Shown here piece after piece: positions 47,166 through 56,992 of a stretch of 64,000 nucleotides of DNA. Position 1 is the stretch's first letter, and each line of letters starts with the position of its first letter. Below the pieces are notes generated by a model, which did not search any database, had not been told where the DNA came from, and worked only from the letters and a program-made list of their open reading frames with translations. A program made the translations under genes and the position numbers. This DNA comes from a virus. The stretch spans positions 55,162 to 119,161 of the IMG/VR virus record IMGVR_UViG_3300044946_000175; one strand, written 5' to 3'.

Positions 47166-48992
47166 ATGAAAGAATACATCTGCGGTTGCTGTCAGCACGA
47201 ATTTACCCTCATGGCGTGGGAGTCTCGCGCCTGCCCCGAGTGCCGGACAGCGTTCAAAGACGAGGCTGATGAGAACATCAAGAACATGACCAATACGGAG
47301 TCGGTGGAGAAGGCTTTGATTGACCTGCGCGAGAACGGAATCTGCGAAGAGTCCGTTGATCGCGAGTTGGAGTTAAAACCTCCTCCGTCTCAATTTGTCA
47401 GACAGGACAATTCTGGCGCATGGCGCGAGGTTCCGGTTGGTGTGCCAATAACCACAACAGACATTCCAGGCCGTTCCGGCATTTCCAAGTTCGTCGCGCA
47501 GAACGGAAAGATAACGAAAGTTCCCGTACTCGACCGTCGTTCTGGCTGCGCACCAGAGGATGTGCCAGTGGTTGGTTATGCTGACAATTTCCGAGAGAAA
47601 GACGGTAAAGTAGCCTGTGATACTCACGTCGATCCGGCCAAGTTAGGTGAAGACAAAACAGTACTTGATTTCCGCCTTCTCGCCGGAAGTGGTGCGGAAG
47701 GATTTTGGAAACAGCCATCGAGAGAAATCAAATCTTTCGTTCATACTGATCTTAATGCTGCTCTGATCGATACTGAAAAGGCAGTACGCGAAGGCGAGAT
47801 TATTGAATGGAAGGCTTACCGCAATATGCTCATCACGCATCTGGGTCTGGAGGCCCGTCAGGCCGATGAGTACATAGATCACATTCGATGCTGCATCAAT
47901 GCCGGTAAGGACATGGTTGGTAAAGTGATTTGTTTGTCCATGTCGATTTCGGATATCCTTTTTCGGCTAGCCGATGTGGGCATTGTGTTGCCTGACGATC
48001 ACAAGCTGAAGAAGCAACTAAGGCTGAATGCAGCAATAGCAGACATCAGAGACCAGTCACAAAAGCCGTACTTATTTGATTTGCAGGAAGCGGAGAAGTG
48101 GGAGAAAGAAGGCAAACTAAAGAATCCTATTCCGATGGCGAATGGTACGTTGTTGATTCCAGATGAGAAGACATTGGAGGATAAGGCAGGATCGGCAGAC
48201 GATTCGTTGGTTGCGGAGCCCGTCAATCTCGATGCTGCAATGGAAAAGGCAGGCAAAGAACTGAGAGAACATCAGCGTAGGTTGGAGGAAGAAGAAGGAT
48301 ATGCAGACAAAATTCGTAAACAAGCAGCAGGAACTTCGCGACCCTTTCGTGTCAATCGCTACACGAAAATGACCCTCTCTTCTGAAGAACAGGCAAAACT
48401 CAACTCATCCAAATCGTCAGAGATGCCGCTAGGCGATCCGCGTGTGTTGGAAGAGTTAGCGGCGCAGAAACTGCGAGACATGAGAGTTTCGATGGAGTTG
48501 GATGCGAGTGAAGAGGTGCGCAAAGCAGCAGGACTTTCACGACCGGAAAGTCCGGACGATCCGATTATTAAAAACGATTATTATCCAACGCCGGAAGGAA
48601 ATGCATTTGTTCCTCAAACGCAAAAGGCAATAGATGGGGATTACTTCGGCTCTCCGGCCTTGTCCGATCCGAGCTTGAAGCGTGGTCCATCTGAAGGAAT
48701 GGAGGCAATAATGAAAAAGACGCTCGACGAGATGATCCATGAATATCTCGACCATCACCGCGTCCGCGAGACTAACGATCCTGCGCTCAGGCGATTCTTT
48801 ACTGGATCGATCAGTCGCGACACACTGATTCGTAGTTTTTTGGAAGAGTGGCGACTTGGGGGATTTCCGTCTTTCGAGGCATGTTTGTTGGAGATTATCC
48901 TTAAGCAGTACAAGGAACTGCACCGGTTACAGTCTGAGGTTTTCAAGTATCACGAAAGTCTCTCGCCGAATCCGCTAAAGAACAAAACATGA
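47166..48992 (+). CDS. large hypothetical protein with N-terminal Zn ribbon
   Basis: 608 aa, GGAG RBS. Confidence 0.75.
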   Translation: MKEYICGCCQHEFTLMAWESRACPECRTAFKDEADENIKNMTNTESVEKALIDLRENGICEESVDRELELKPPPSQFVRQDNSGAWREVPVGVPITTTDIPGRSGISKFVAQNGKITKVPVLDRRSGCAPEDVPVVGYADNFREKDGKVACDTHVDPAKLGEDKTVLDFRLLAGSGAEGFWKQPSREIKSFVHTDLNAALIDTEKAVREGEIIEWKAYRNMLITHLGLEARQADEYIDHIRCCINAGKDMVGKVICLSMSISDILFRLADVGIVLPDDHKLKKQLRLNAAIADIRDQSQKPYLFDLQEAEKWEKEGKLKNPIPMANGTLLIPDEKTLEDKAGSADDSLVAEPVNLDAAMEKAGKELREHQRRLEEEEGYADKIRKQAAGTSRPFRVNRYTKMTLSSEEQAKLNSSKSSEMPLGDPRVLEELAAQKLRDMRVSMELDASEEVRKAAGLSRPESPDDPIIKNDYYPTPEGNAFVPQTQKAIDGDYFGSPALSDPSLKRGPSEGMEAIMKKTLDEMIHEYLDHHRVRETNDPALRRFFTGSISRDTLIRSFLEEWRLGGFPSFEACLLEIILKQYKELHRLQSEVFKYHESLSPNPLKNKT

Positions 48993-49309
48993 TCCACGAT
49001 TTCGGGAACGGCTTTGTGTGCTGGCGCGTCGGAGACAAAATCGTGTCTTGCGGACCGCAGACTTGTTTTGTGATCGACAAGAAAGCCATGACGTGCGAGG
49101 TTGTGGTTTCTGACGAACGGATCTGTTGCCTAGTGTTCGAGGCTGAGCGGTGTCTGGAGCCTGCCATGCACATGACCAAAGGCGGTGGGTTGCATTCCAT
49201 CTTGTGCGTAAGACACGCGATGAAGTACGGATACTTTCCACTGACCCCCGCGCAACTCGACAGAGAATTGAAGTCGGCGGGGATTCTCTGTACAAATATA
49301 TTGGAGTGA
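48989..49309 (+). CDS. Cys-rich hypothetical protein
   Basis: 106 aa, coupled. Confidence 0.5.
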   Translation: MIHDFGNGFVCWRVGDKIVSCGPQTCFVIDKKAMTCEVVVSDERICCLVFEAERCLEPAMHMTKGGGLHSILCVRHAMKYGYFPLTPAQLDRELKSAGILCTNILE

Positions 49310-49312
49310 GAA

Positions 49313-50005
49313 ATGTACGAGCGATTTACAGGCCGCGCCCGCAAGGTGATGCAACTGGCCAATCAGGATGCGCAGCGGTTCAACCACGAGTACATCGGCA
49401 CCGAACATATTTTGCTTGGACTATTGAAAGAAGGTAATGGAGTTGGTCCGTGTGCGCTCAAGCGGTTAGGTATTGATCTGAATACGGTTCGGAGGGAAAC
49501 AGAAAAGCACATTCATTCACACTTACTCAATAGCGAATCTGCGATGGGCCGACTTCCCCTCACGCCGCGAGCCAAGAAAGCCCTTGATTATGCGATTGAG
49601 GAGGCTCGTGCTTTATTTTTCAGTTATGTTGGGACAGAGCATATCCTTCTCGGTCTGATTCGTGAGGCGGAAGGCATTGGAGGAACTGTTCTTTTGGGCA
49701 TGGGCGTGACTTTGGACAAGATGCGAGAAGAGACGAAAAGAATGACGGGAAGGATAAACAGGTTAGGTGAAATCGGGGAGCCGAAAGACGTACAGCCCAT
49801 GCCGGACGCAATGAAGGCCGGAATCAGCGGAATTCGTGCGGCAATGAAAGGATTCGGCGAGATTGCGAATTGCCGACTGACCAACACCAATTACAGTTTA
49901 TCCGAAGATGGACAGATACTCCAATTCTCTGTCAGTGGTACAATCCAGGTTCCACAATCCGAAGACAAGCCCGTCGTGGTTGAAGATCGGAAAGACAAAA
50001 CATGA
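49313..50005 (+). CDS. stand-alone ClpC N-terminal domain protein
   Basis: MYERFTGRARKVMQLANQDAQRFNHEYIGTEHILLGL...TPRAKK...YVGTEHILLGL; no AAA+ domain. Confidence 0.9.
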   Translation: MYERFTGRARKVMQLANQDAQRFNHEYIGTEHILLGLLKEGNGVGPCALKRLGIDLNTVRRETEKHIHSHLLNSESAMGRLPLTPRAKKALDYAIEEARALFFSYVGTEHILLGLIREAEGIGGTVLLGMGVTLDKMREETKRMTGRINRLGEIGEPKDVQPMPDAMKAGISGIRAAMKGFGEIANCRLTNTNYSLSEDGQILQFSVSGTIQVPQSEDKPVVVEDRKDKT

Positions 50006-50262
50006 TTAGTCTTTCTGAAGCTTATGCTCTTCTGCGTAGCGGCACTCCGTTTGGAGACGTGTATCAGATTGTTGCCTCTTACGACCAGGAGGGATTGAAG
50101 TCGATCTTCGCGCGAGACGAGAGACTTCCCAACCTGGTCAAGCGGAATATCCCAGTATCGTCGAATGGGGAAACATGCGATAAGTGCGGATCGTTCCGTC
50201 TCATCCAGGCGGGTAGTTGTAAAACATGTATTGATTGCGGAAGTTCAAATGGATGTTCGTGA
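50002..50262 (+). CDS. Zn-ribbon protein resembling class II RNR C-terminus
   Basis: CDKCGS....AGSCKTC.DCGSSNGCS. Confidence 0.55.
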   Translation: MISLSEAYALLRSGTPFGDVYQIVASYDQEGLKSIFARDERLPNLVKRNIPVSSNGETCDKCGSFRLIQAGSCKTCIDCGSSNGCS

Positions 50263-50436
50263 AATGATCGACGACGACGACCCTGAACCGGATTGGCACA
50301 TGCCGCTCAATAAGCCGGTCAAGGCTGTGCAGCCGATGGTGACGAGCGAGTTAGCTCTGCTCCTGTCTCTTTTGGCGTTGATTGCGGGCGCTCTAATTGG
50401 ATGGTTTATTGGGGATACTTGGGGTTTGGATTAACG

Positions 50437-50847
50437 ATGCCAGAACAACCACCTTACATGAAGTATCCGCCCATCGACGTGCGGCCTGTGATCGGTAAGC
50501 CGACCATCGTGGCATACTACGAGTGCGATCAATGCAAACGTCGTGGTGAGGTGAGAGTACGAGCCCGCACCGAACAGGAGGCATCCGCCGAAGGCGAAGA
50601 AAGAGATCGTCTTTTATGTGGTTGGGTCAATGGCATGGCTCAGTATTGCGGGGACGACCATGCTCTCAAGCATCCTCAGTGCAGTATCGGGAAGAGATCC
50701 GTGAGTGTGATTTTTCAAACGCACGAGAAGCAGGAGTGGATCGGGCAGTACATTCCCGAATTGGACCAGCAACCGCCAGTCGATCTGGAGACGACGAAGC
50801 TGTTCGACAGGAAGGCTTCGGACATGATCGACGGAAAGGCAAATTAG
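50437..50847 (+). CDS. hypothetical protein
   Basis: 136 aa. Confidence 0.55.
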   Translation: MPEQPPYMKYPPIDVRPVIGKPTIVAYYECDQCKRRGEVRVRARTEQEASAEGEERDRLLCGWVNGMAQYCGDDHALKHPQCSIGKRSVSVIFQTHEKQEWIGQYIPELDQQPPVDLETTKLFDRKASDMIDGKAN

Positions 50848-50852
50848 ATATC

Positions 50853-51353
50853 ATGAAACTGGATAAGGCGACTTTCGACGTCTCCAATCACGCGATGGAG
50901 CGTTGGCGGGAACGAGTTCGCGATACGGATTGCAACGACCTGATCGAGAGCGCGCGCAAGTCTCGACTCATTCCAAAAGGCGAGCCGGTTCCATTCATTG
51001 CGGATCGAGTGTCGGGGACTACTTACAGCATCCATGATGGCGTACTCTTTATCATGCGCGCGACTTCGATACTTCACGCCGAAGTCATCACCGTCATGAC
51101 GGCGGAAGTGAGAGGCAAATCATTAATTCTTTCGAGTCCTTACGATGAATTTATCTTCGGCAAGAGCCATAGGTGCGATTCGAAGTGGTGTATTTATCAG
51201 GATGGAGATTCCGTTTCGCTTTGCAAGAAACATTCGAAAGGGCATATAGGCCGTCGGCTTCTGGCGAGTGATGGTACGAATAAAAAGACATGTCAAATGT
51301 GTTTAGACCGAATGAGAAAGATCATTCGGGAGAAAGAGAAGGTTACGGCCTGA
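50853..51353 (+). CDS. hypothetical protein (S.HA.ERW.ER motif)
   Basis: VSNHAMERWRERV, seen in RelE-like/DUF4258-type domains. Confidence 0.5.
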   Translation: MKLDKATFDVSNHAMERWRERVRDTDCNDLIESARKSRLIPKGEPVPFIADRVSGTTYSIHDGVLFIMRATSILHAEVITVMTAEVRGKSLILSSPYDEFIFGKSHRCDSKWCIYQDGDSVSLCKKHSKGHIGRRLLASDGTNKKTCQMCLDRMRKIIREKEKVTA

Positions 51354-51391
51354 CGGGCTTTCAGTAGAATGAGCAGGAACTGGAGGTTTTC

Positions 51392-53260
51392 ATGCGTCAA
51401 CCTACACTCTACCACCTTGTCAACTTGAGTAATAAGCTCGCACATCAGCTTCACTATCTCAAAGACCACATCCACTTGCATGGGAATGCTCCCGTTGGTG
51501 GCAGTGAGGAGGCTCACCTCTGGACACCGGAGGAGGAGCAGGAAGCCAACTGGATGGCCGAGCGCGCCATGCGCAGGAGGCCGACCGCGCAACATCCCAA
51601 CGACGAGTATTTGCATATTCAGGGCAATCGACCAGCGGAGCAGTATGCTTCTAGAGGTGATATTCCTGGACCAGGAAACACATTTGACTATCCGACTGAG
51701 ATCTATCCAGCAGATATCGGACATCCGAATGTCGGACAGGCATTAGGGCACGGTTTGCAGGCGCGCGACATGAATCGACGAAATTCTGCAATTGGTGGAC
51801 GAATCAAAGCACATACACAAGCCGCCAAACGATTTCGTAATGCGGGAGATGCATTCGGTCTTGCGCCGCAGACTTTATCGCCAGCATCCAGACGAAAAGA
51901 ACGACGTCGGGCTGGTCAAATGCCTCATTTTGGTGATTACTATGCAGGGACGGATATTCCAATCGGATACGCTGAATCTCCCAAAGACGTGTCGGACTTC
52001 GCGGATCGCGCTCGCAGACCTCAATCCCGTCGCCGGGCCGCGCGAGTATTAGAACACGCAGCCGAAGAGAACACACGTCACGGTTATGGCAATCATCCTG
52101 CCGTGATGCGAATGCGTGATGATGCCGCACGGCAGGAGAGGGAGGCCGAGCGTGAGTCGCACCCCGCACCACGATATTCGCGGTATTCGGATTCAACATC
52201 CAATCCTTTTCATTCGATTTCTTACGGGAGACAGGCGACTTGCGGACAGTGCAATGAACGTTGGTATATCGCCACTGATTCCATCGACCTCGTCTGTCCG
52301 CGTTGTGGAGCTAATTCGACGAAGTATGCCGTGACCGACCAGCCGGGCATTTATGGCCCCGCCACGGCAGCACCGGCTCCGGGCGGTCATGGGCCGCGTC
52401 GTTTGCCTTCCGGACACGATCCGCGAGCGGAAGAAGCGCTGCCGATGGACCGTATGCCTCCTCGTCGTCCGCTGAGACCATCCACGAGACCGGACCCTCG
52501 ATATCCCTATCCCGACACCGGACCAAAAGCACGGCGAAATCCGAACTATGCACGCTACGCCGACAATCCACTCCAACAAACCTACATCCAGGATCGGCGA
52601 TTGCACGAGAATCGTCTCCGGCAGGTTTTTCCAGAGTGGGATGAACTCCATCCTCACGACCAGCAGATGATCTGGAACAAGACCTATCGCACGGGTCCGG
52701 CGCGTCATGGAGTTGGAGTGGGACATCCGACCAACGAAGAGGACTTGGCAGGTTGGCGAGACGAAATGAATCAAAGACAAATTAGTGCTCACCACGATCC
52801 ATTCGATCTGAGCAAGAACCACGCCACGAGCGAGTTTGACGACTACCTGGCCGATACACACGAGCAGAGCAGCCCCGAAGAGTGGGCTTCTCATGTGGAT
52901 CGAATGGAACAAGAATCTGGCGCGAATCGTCGTCCATATAATCCACCCGAGCAGTTACCGGAAGGATTCGAAGAGCCGACCCAGGCATGGCATGAGCATA
53001 TACGTAGAGCTAATCAACCCACTCAGGCGGCTCGTTACTCGCGAACGGACTATCACGGTCGTTTGTGCCGTTTGCGCGAGCGGTTGGCCGCACTGCGTCA
53101 GCCGACGATGTACGACGATGAGATGGACGGTGGCATGGATGAGGAGGGCATGAGCTACGCCGATAATGTCTCTGGGATCGGACAGGATGAGAGGTCGGGC
53201 TACAATACAGGTGAAGCCGAGCCGACGCAGCGTATGTTTCACGGTCACGGAAGCTTTTGA
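51392..53260 (+). CDS. large low-complexity protein with repeated YA/YS motifs
   Basis: 622 aa, GGAGG RBS, P/R/H-rich. Confidence 0.7.
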   Translation: MRQPTLYHLVNLSNKLAHQLHYLKDHIHLHGNAPVGGSEEAHLWTPEEEQEANWMAERAMRRRPTAQHPNDEYLHIQGNRPAEQYASRGDIPGPGNTFDYPTEIYPADIGHPNVGQALGHGLQARDMNRRNSAIGGRIKAHTQAAKRFRNAGDAFGLAPQTLSPASRRKERRRAGQMPHFGDYYAGTDIPIGYAESPKDVSDFADRARRPQSRRRAARVLEHAAEENTRHGYGNHPAVMRMRDDAARQEREAERESHPAPRYSRYSDSTSNPFHSISYGRQATCGQCNERWYIATDSIDLVCPRCGANSTKYAVTDQPGIYGPATAAPAPGGHGPRRLPSGHDPRAEEALPMDRMPPRRPLRPSTRPDPRYPYPDTGPKARRNPNYARYADNPLQQTYIQDRRLHENRLRQVFPEWDELHPHDQQMIWNKTYRTGPARHGVGVGHPTNEEDLAGWRDEMNQRQISAHHDPFDLSKNHATSEFDDYLADTHEQSSPEEWASHVDRMEQESGANRRPYNPPEQLPEGFEEPTQAWHEHIRRANQPTQAARYSRTDYHGRLCRLRERLAALRQPTMYDDEMDGGMDEEGMSYADNVSGIGQDERSGYNTGEAEPTQRMFHGHGSF

Positions 53261-53270
53261 AAGGCAAAAG

Positions 53271-53555
53271 ATGAATAGCTGTCAGCACATGGAATTTGAA
53301 TGTTCGGCCAACATCAATCGACTTGAGAACGACACAGGCGATCCGATGCAGTTTCAGGCTGATATCAGAATCAAATGCGTGAATTGTGGAGAACCGTTCA
53401 AGTTCATCGGTTTGCCTTACGGCGTCGATTTGAATGGCGCGGCTGTGTCAGCGGATGGTCTTGAGGGACGCTTTGCTATCGCGCCAAAGGATCGTGTCTT
53501 GGCAATGACCGATTCCTGGAATGTGGGAGGATTTACAATCAGAAAGGCAAAGTAG
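53271..53555 (+). CDS. hypothetical protein
   Basis: C.H.EF...I.C..CG.PF.F.GLP.G. Confidence 0.65.
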   Translation: MNSCQHMEFECSANINRLENDTGDPMQFQADIRIKCVNCGEPFKFIGLPYGVDLNGAAVSADGLEGRFAIAPKDRVLAMTDSWNVGGFTIRKAK

Positions 53556-53559
53556 ATAT

Positions 53560-53781
53560 TTAGATTACACCTTCCCAAAGGATCTGGTTCAAATACCGAA
53601 TCCCGACTAGTTTCTGCTCTGGGATCATACCGGAGTAGTTGAGCAGTACATCTTTCATGGTTCCCTGTGGAACTGTACCGTCGTTGGAGACCATGTTGTG
53701 CATCTCCAGGACGAGTAAAACAAAAGACTGTATGAATTCAGCGCGGCGGGAGTTAGGAACCTTCGCGATTTTGTCGGCCAT
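53560..53781 (-). CDS. hypothetical protein
   Basis: part of minus-strand operon; GAGGA RBS. Confidence 0.55.
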   Translation of the reverse strand: MADKIAKVPNSRRAEFIQSFVLLVLEMHNMVSNDGTVPQGTMKDVLLNYSGMIPEQKLVGIRYLNQILWEGVI

Positions 53782-53841
53782 AGCTTTGTCCTCGCGGGTT
53801 TTATTATGGACCGACTTCGTCGGTGAGAGGTTCGGTGTGGT

Positions 53842-54066
53842 TTAGTACGGTATTTCATTCAATTCTTGCAGGCGTGTCTTGATCCACGCCCATCTTTTGT
53901 AGTCTGCGTTCACCGGTTCTTTCTTTATATGCTCTTCCAGGCGGTTCATTTCCGCTGTCAGAGTTTCCTTCTCTCGCACTAGTGAATGTGCGATTAACCA
54001 AGCGTATGCTTGAGGGAACAGTTTTTCGAACTCGTTCCAGTCATTGTGTAGATAAGAAGTGTTCAT
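53842..54066 (-). CDS. hypothetical protein
   Basis: AAAGGCAAAAC-ATG on minus strand. Confidence 0.6.
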   Translation of the reverse strand: MNTSYLHNDWNEFEKLFPQAYAWLIAHSLVREKETLTAEMNRLEEHIKKEPVNADYKRWAWIKTRLQELNEIPY

Positions 54067-54302
54067 GTTTTGCCTTTGTATTTCAAGGATCGATACCGAA
54101 CACCCCAACGAGTTTTGTAAGGACGGTCGGGATTTGCGACCTCCTGACCACAGCCGATGCAAATCGAGTATTGTTTGGCACCAAACAGACGGACTTGGAC
54201 AGCGGTTTGGTCTTCGTCATCCACTGGCTGTTTGCAGATGGAACATTCCATGATGAGAGTCATACGCGGATGATGCATCAGGGAGATAGTGAGGCGATTC
54301 AT
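54063..54302 (-). CDS. Zn-finger hypothetical protein
   Basis: CSIC...CIGC; coupled. Confidence 0.55.
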   Translation of the reverse strand: MNRLTISLMHHPRMTLIMECSICKQPVDDEDQTAVQVRLFGAKQYSICIGCGQEVANPDRPYKTRWGVRYRSLKYKGKT

Positions 54303-54538
54303 GTTTTGTCTTTCAGTTTTTGAATTCTGGATTGTATATTCGCAAGCTGGTGGATCATCAGGCCGGTTATTTGACTGATTTCTGGGTCGTTCTTTCTCCA
54401 CCTTTCGATTTCAGATTCGATCTCCGTTGAGGCTGCGTCAAGTGCGGCGTTCCAGGCAGCACGTGCGTAACAAATCGTGCTAGTTCCTCCTGCGTAATGA
54501 GACACGTCTGCCTTGAGCCAGTTATCGAAGGCATTCAT
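54299..54538 (-). CDS. hypothetical protein
   Basis: AFDNW...ARAAWNAA; coupled. Confidence 0.6.
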   Translation of the reverse strand: MNAFDNWLKADVSHYAGGTSTICYARAAWNAALDAASTEIESEIERWRKNDPEISQITGLMIHQLANIQSRIQKLKDKT

Positions 54539-54903
54539 TTTTCCCCTCCTGGCGGAATTTCCTTCACATCCACATAAATCCGATCTGGAGGCGGAAAAAT
54601 ATATTTTTCGAGTGCAGGACAACACCAGCCTCTAAGTCCCGTTTCCGGCCACTTGTACCAATTTCCGCCACAGTCCTCTTCCTGTCGTTCCAGGACCACC
54701 TTCGCGCCGGGGAATGGATCTTTGCTGAACAGGAGGATGAATCCATCCTCGCGGTAGTTGGAAATCTTGAGATCGGTGCAGAGTCGTTCGATCATGTCCG
54801 GCATTCCGGCCACGAATGCTTCTTTGTTTAGGCCGACAGACTCGTCGTCGAAGACCCAAGATCCCCACCAGAGATAAGGTCGGATTGTGTTGATCTGGTT
54901 CAT
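54535..54903 (-). CDS. conserved hypothetical protein (DUF6717-like)
   Basis: I.PY...G.WVFDD..VGL.KE.FV.G...FS..PFPG...GNWY......GW.CPAL..Y. Confidence 0.7.
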   Translation of the reverse strand: MNQINTIRPYLWWGSWVFDDESVGLNKEAFVAGMPDMIERLCTDLKISNYREDGFILLFSKDPFPGAKVVLERQEEDCGGNWYKWPETGLRGWCCPALEKYIFPPPDRIYVDVKEIPPGGEK

Positions 54904-54913
54904 GTTTTACCTT

Positions 54914-55144
54914 TTAGTGTAAGCAACAGACCACCGAAGCAATTTCAGAACTTCGCCAGATTGGTTCGCTGTTTTGTGGTAAGTGACATCCTCTCGCAAG
55001 GATGCGACCTGCGCAACGAGCGCAGACAATTAATGTATCGCCTTCTGTGGTCGGAACGCTCCAACCGACGAGGTTAGACGCAAGCTGGCCGGGCGATTGC
55101 GGTGCATGCTCCAGGGATGTTTTTAGGTATTCGATGGTGGTCAT
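54914..55144 (-). CDS. hypothetical protein
   Basis: 76 aa, GGAG RBS. Confidence 0.55.
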   Translation of the reverse strand: MTTIEYLKTSLEHAPQSPGQLASNLVGWSVPTTEGDTLIVCARCAGRILARGCHLPQNSEPIWRSSEIASVVCCLH

Positions 55145-55222
55145 AATTACTCCAATTCGGGGTTAAGGTTTCGGCCATTCGTGGCCCACTCCCGTGAGAG
55201 TAGGGCGCGAGAGGTCGGGGGA

Positions 55223-55411
55223 TTAGGCTTTGCGGACCTCGTGTCGGAATCGAGGGAGCGGTCCACCACGATTTGAGCCGAACATGTTGGCGTTGGCGCA
55301 CGCGGTCTGAGCGGATTCGTAGGCCACATGATCCAGGCCGCCGAAAGTGTGCAGCACAGTCTCAGTGTCATTCGTGCAGTCGATTCGTATTACGGTGTAT
55401 GTCGTGTTCAT
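55223..55411 (-). CDS. hypothetical protein
   Basis: GGAG RBS; minus-strand family-A promoter 55463-55490. Confidence 0.55.
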   Translation of the reverse strand: MNTTYTVIRIDCTNDTETVLHTFGGLDHVAYESAQTACANANMFGSNRGGPLPRFRHEVRKA

Positions 55412-55495
55412 CTGTCGTCTCCAGTTTGGGGGTCGGGGTATCAGTCGCGTCCTGTCTACCTATATATACAGCACGAATTTTAAAAGGCAAATAAA

Positions 55496-55759
55496 TTATT
55501 TGTCTTCCACTTTTTCCAGAAACACGAAATCACTCGTGGGATAAATCCGCTCGTCGCCGATTCTGCAAACCTCCCAGTGACTCATGTTTTTGGTTGCGTG
55601 AACGATTTCTTTGGCGCGTCCGAGATAGGATGCCCAATAGTAGCCCTCTTTCGGTTTGAGCGTCTGCGGTTCCGTAGCAATTGCCTTCAGAGCTTCCATC
55701 CCTCGCGGAGAGGCGGCTCCGGGGTCTCTATGTCGGTCCATTCGTGTTTTGTGGCCCAT
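55496..55759 (-). CDS. hypothetical protein
   Basis: PKEGYYWA motif, GGAG RBS. Confidence 0.55.
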   Translation of the reverse strand: MGHKTRMDRHRDPGAASPRGMEALKAIATEPQTLKPKEGYYWASYLGRAKEIVHATKNMSHWEVCRIGDERIYPTSDFVFLEKVEDK

Positions 55760-55782
55760 TTCAATTCTCCAGGTAAGAGGTA

Positions 55783-55962
55783 TTAATCATGAACGATATA
55801 GGCGTTGATGCAGAAGACATTAAACAACCATGACCACATCATATCTTCGTGGTCGTCGTCTCGTATTGGATAACGAGCAAAATTCGATGCTGGAAATGCT
55901 CCAATTGCATCGCTTGCGGCTTTTCCATTCGATGTTTCGGCATTCCATTCAAGGTATTTCAT
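55783..55962 (-). CDS. hypothetical protein
   Basis: AGGAG RBS; minus-strand promoter about 55998-56027. Confidence 0.5.
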   Translation of the reverse strand: MKYLEWNAETSNGKAASDAIGAFPASNFARYPIRDDDHEDMMWSWLFNVFCINAYIVHD

Positions 55963-56167
55963 CTTCGTCTCCTGTGTGGTGTTTCGTCTTACACATCGAT
56001 CATACACTACACCAGGAAAGAAGGCAAACCAAAATCTTGCCTTTTTAACTATCTTGCAATTAAACCATGATAAGATGATCAATTAGGCAATTTTAATATT
56101 TGCCTTTTCGATTTTGGATGGTACAAAGAATGTGTCGAGACAAAAAACCTAAACCAAAGGAATCTTT

Positions 56168-56894
56168 ATGAAGGCTATTTCCAGTTACAAAATCGTGGAC
56201 AACAAGATTGTAGTCAGCACTCCCTACTGCGGTGTCGTGGTCGAACAGTGCCGCAAATGGAGCGGCAAATTCGACAAAGCGAGCGGCGGGTGGGTTCTGC
56301 CACTCAGTCGCCTGAAGTCAATTCAGGAGCAGATCGGCGAGGATCAGGATGATTTGGTTGAGGTTGAAGTGAGTGAGGGGATTGAGCCAAAGGTCCGTTT
56401 GTCTTTTGATGAGAAGCAGGAGACCGGCTGTGAGACTCTTGAAGAAGCTATCATCAAGTTTCCGGGAAAGTTCGACGAGGCAATTGCCGGACTTCCGGGT
56501 TACGACGTCACGGATAATTGTTATCATTTGGGTTGGCACGTCATCGCGACCGCGACGCGGTCGCGATGACGCTGCCGACGTTTATGCGGATCTGATTGAT
56601 GGAGAAATACCAGATTCGGGCGGCAGTGCGAAGAATCCGACCGTCAGTGGGGAACAGTGTGTGTTTCGCCTGTGGATTCCGCGCGACCTGGCTCTGGATC
56701 GTGGTTTTGTCGTGGTTGGCGATCCGAAGGCGACGATTGTTAAAGAGTCCAATTCTCCGCCTCCTCAAACTGTATTTGAGGTGAGTCCGGCTGTGGCTGC
56801 CACTATCCACGAGATCGCCAATCAGGAGGGCGTTCCTCCTGAAGCAATCATTACAATGGCTATTGAATCGTTTAGAATTCGCCACCAATCGTGA
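56168..56894 (+). pseudogene. phage gene interrupted by +1 frameshift inside a perfect palindrome
   Basis: deleting one C at 56550-56551 joins ...HVIAT to RRGRDD...DSGGSAKNP. Confidence 0.6.
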
Positions 56895-56992
56895 TTTTTG
56901 ATGAAAAGGCAAATAGCTATTTGCCTTTTCGTTTTCGTGGAGTATATAAATGATGTCGAGACAAAAACCCAAACCAAAAGAGAGGATCAAAC

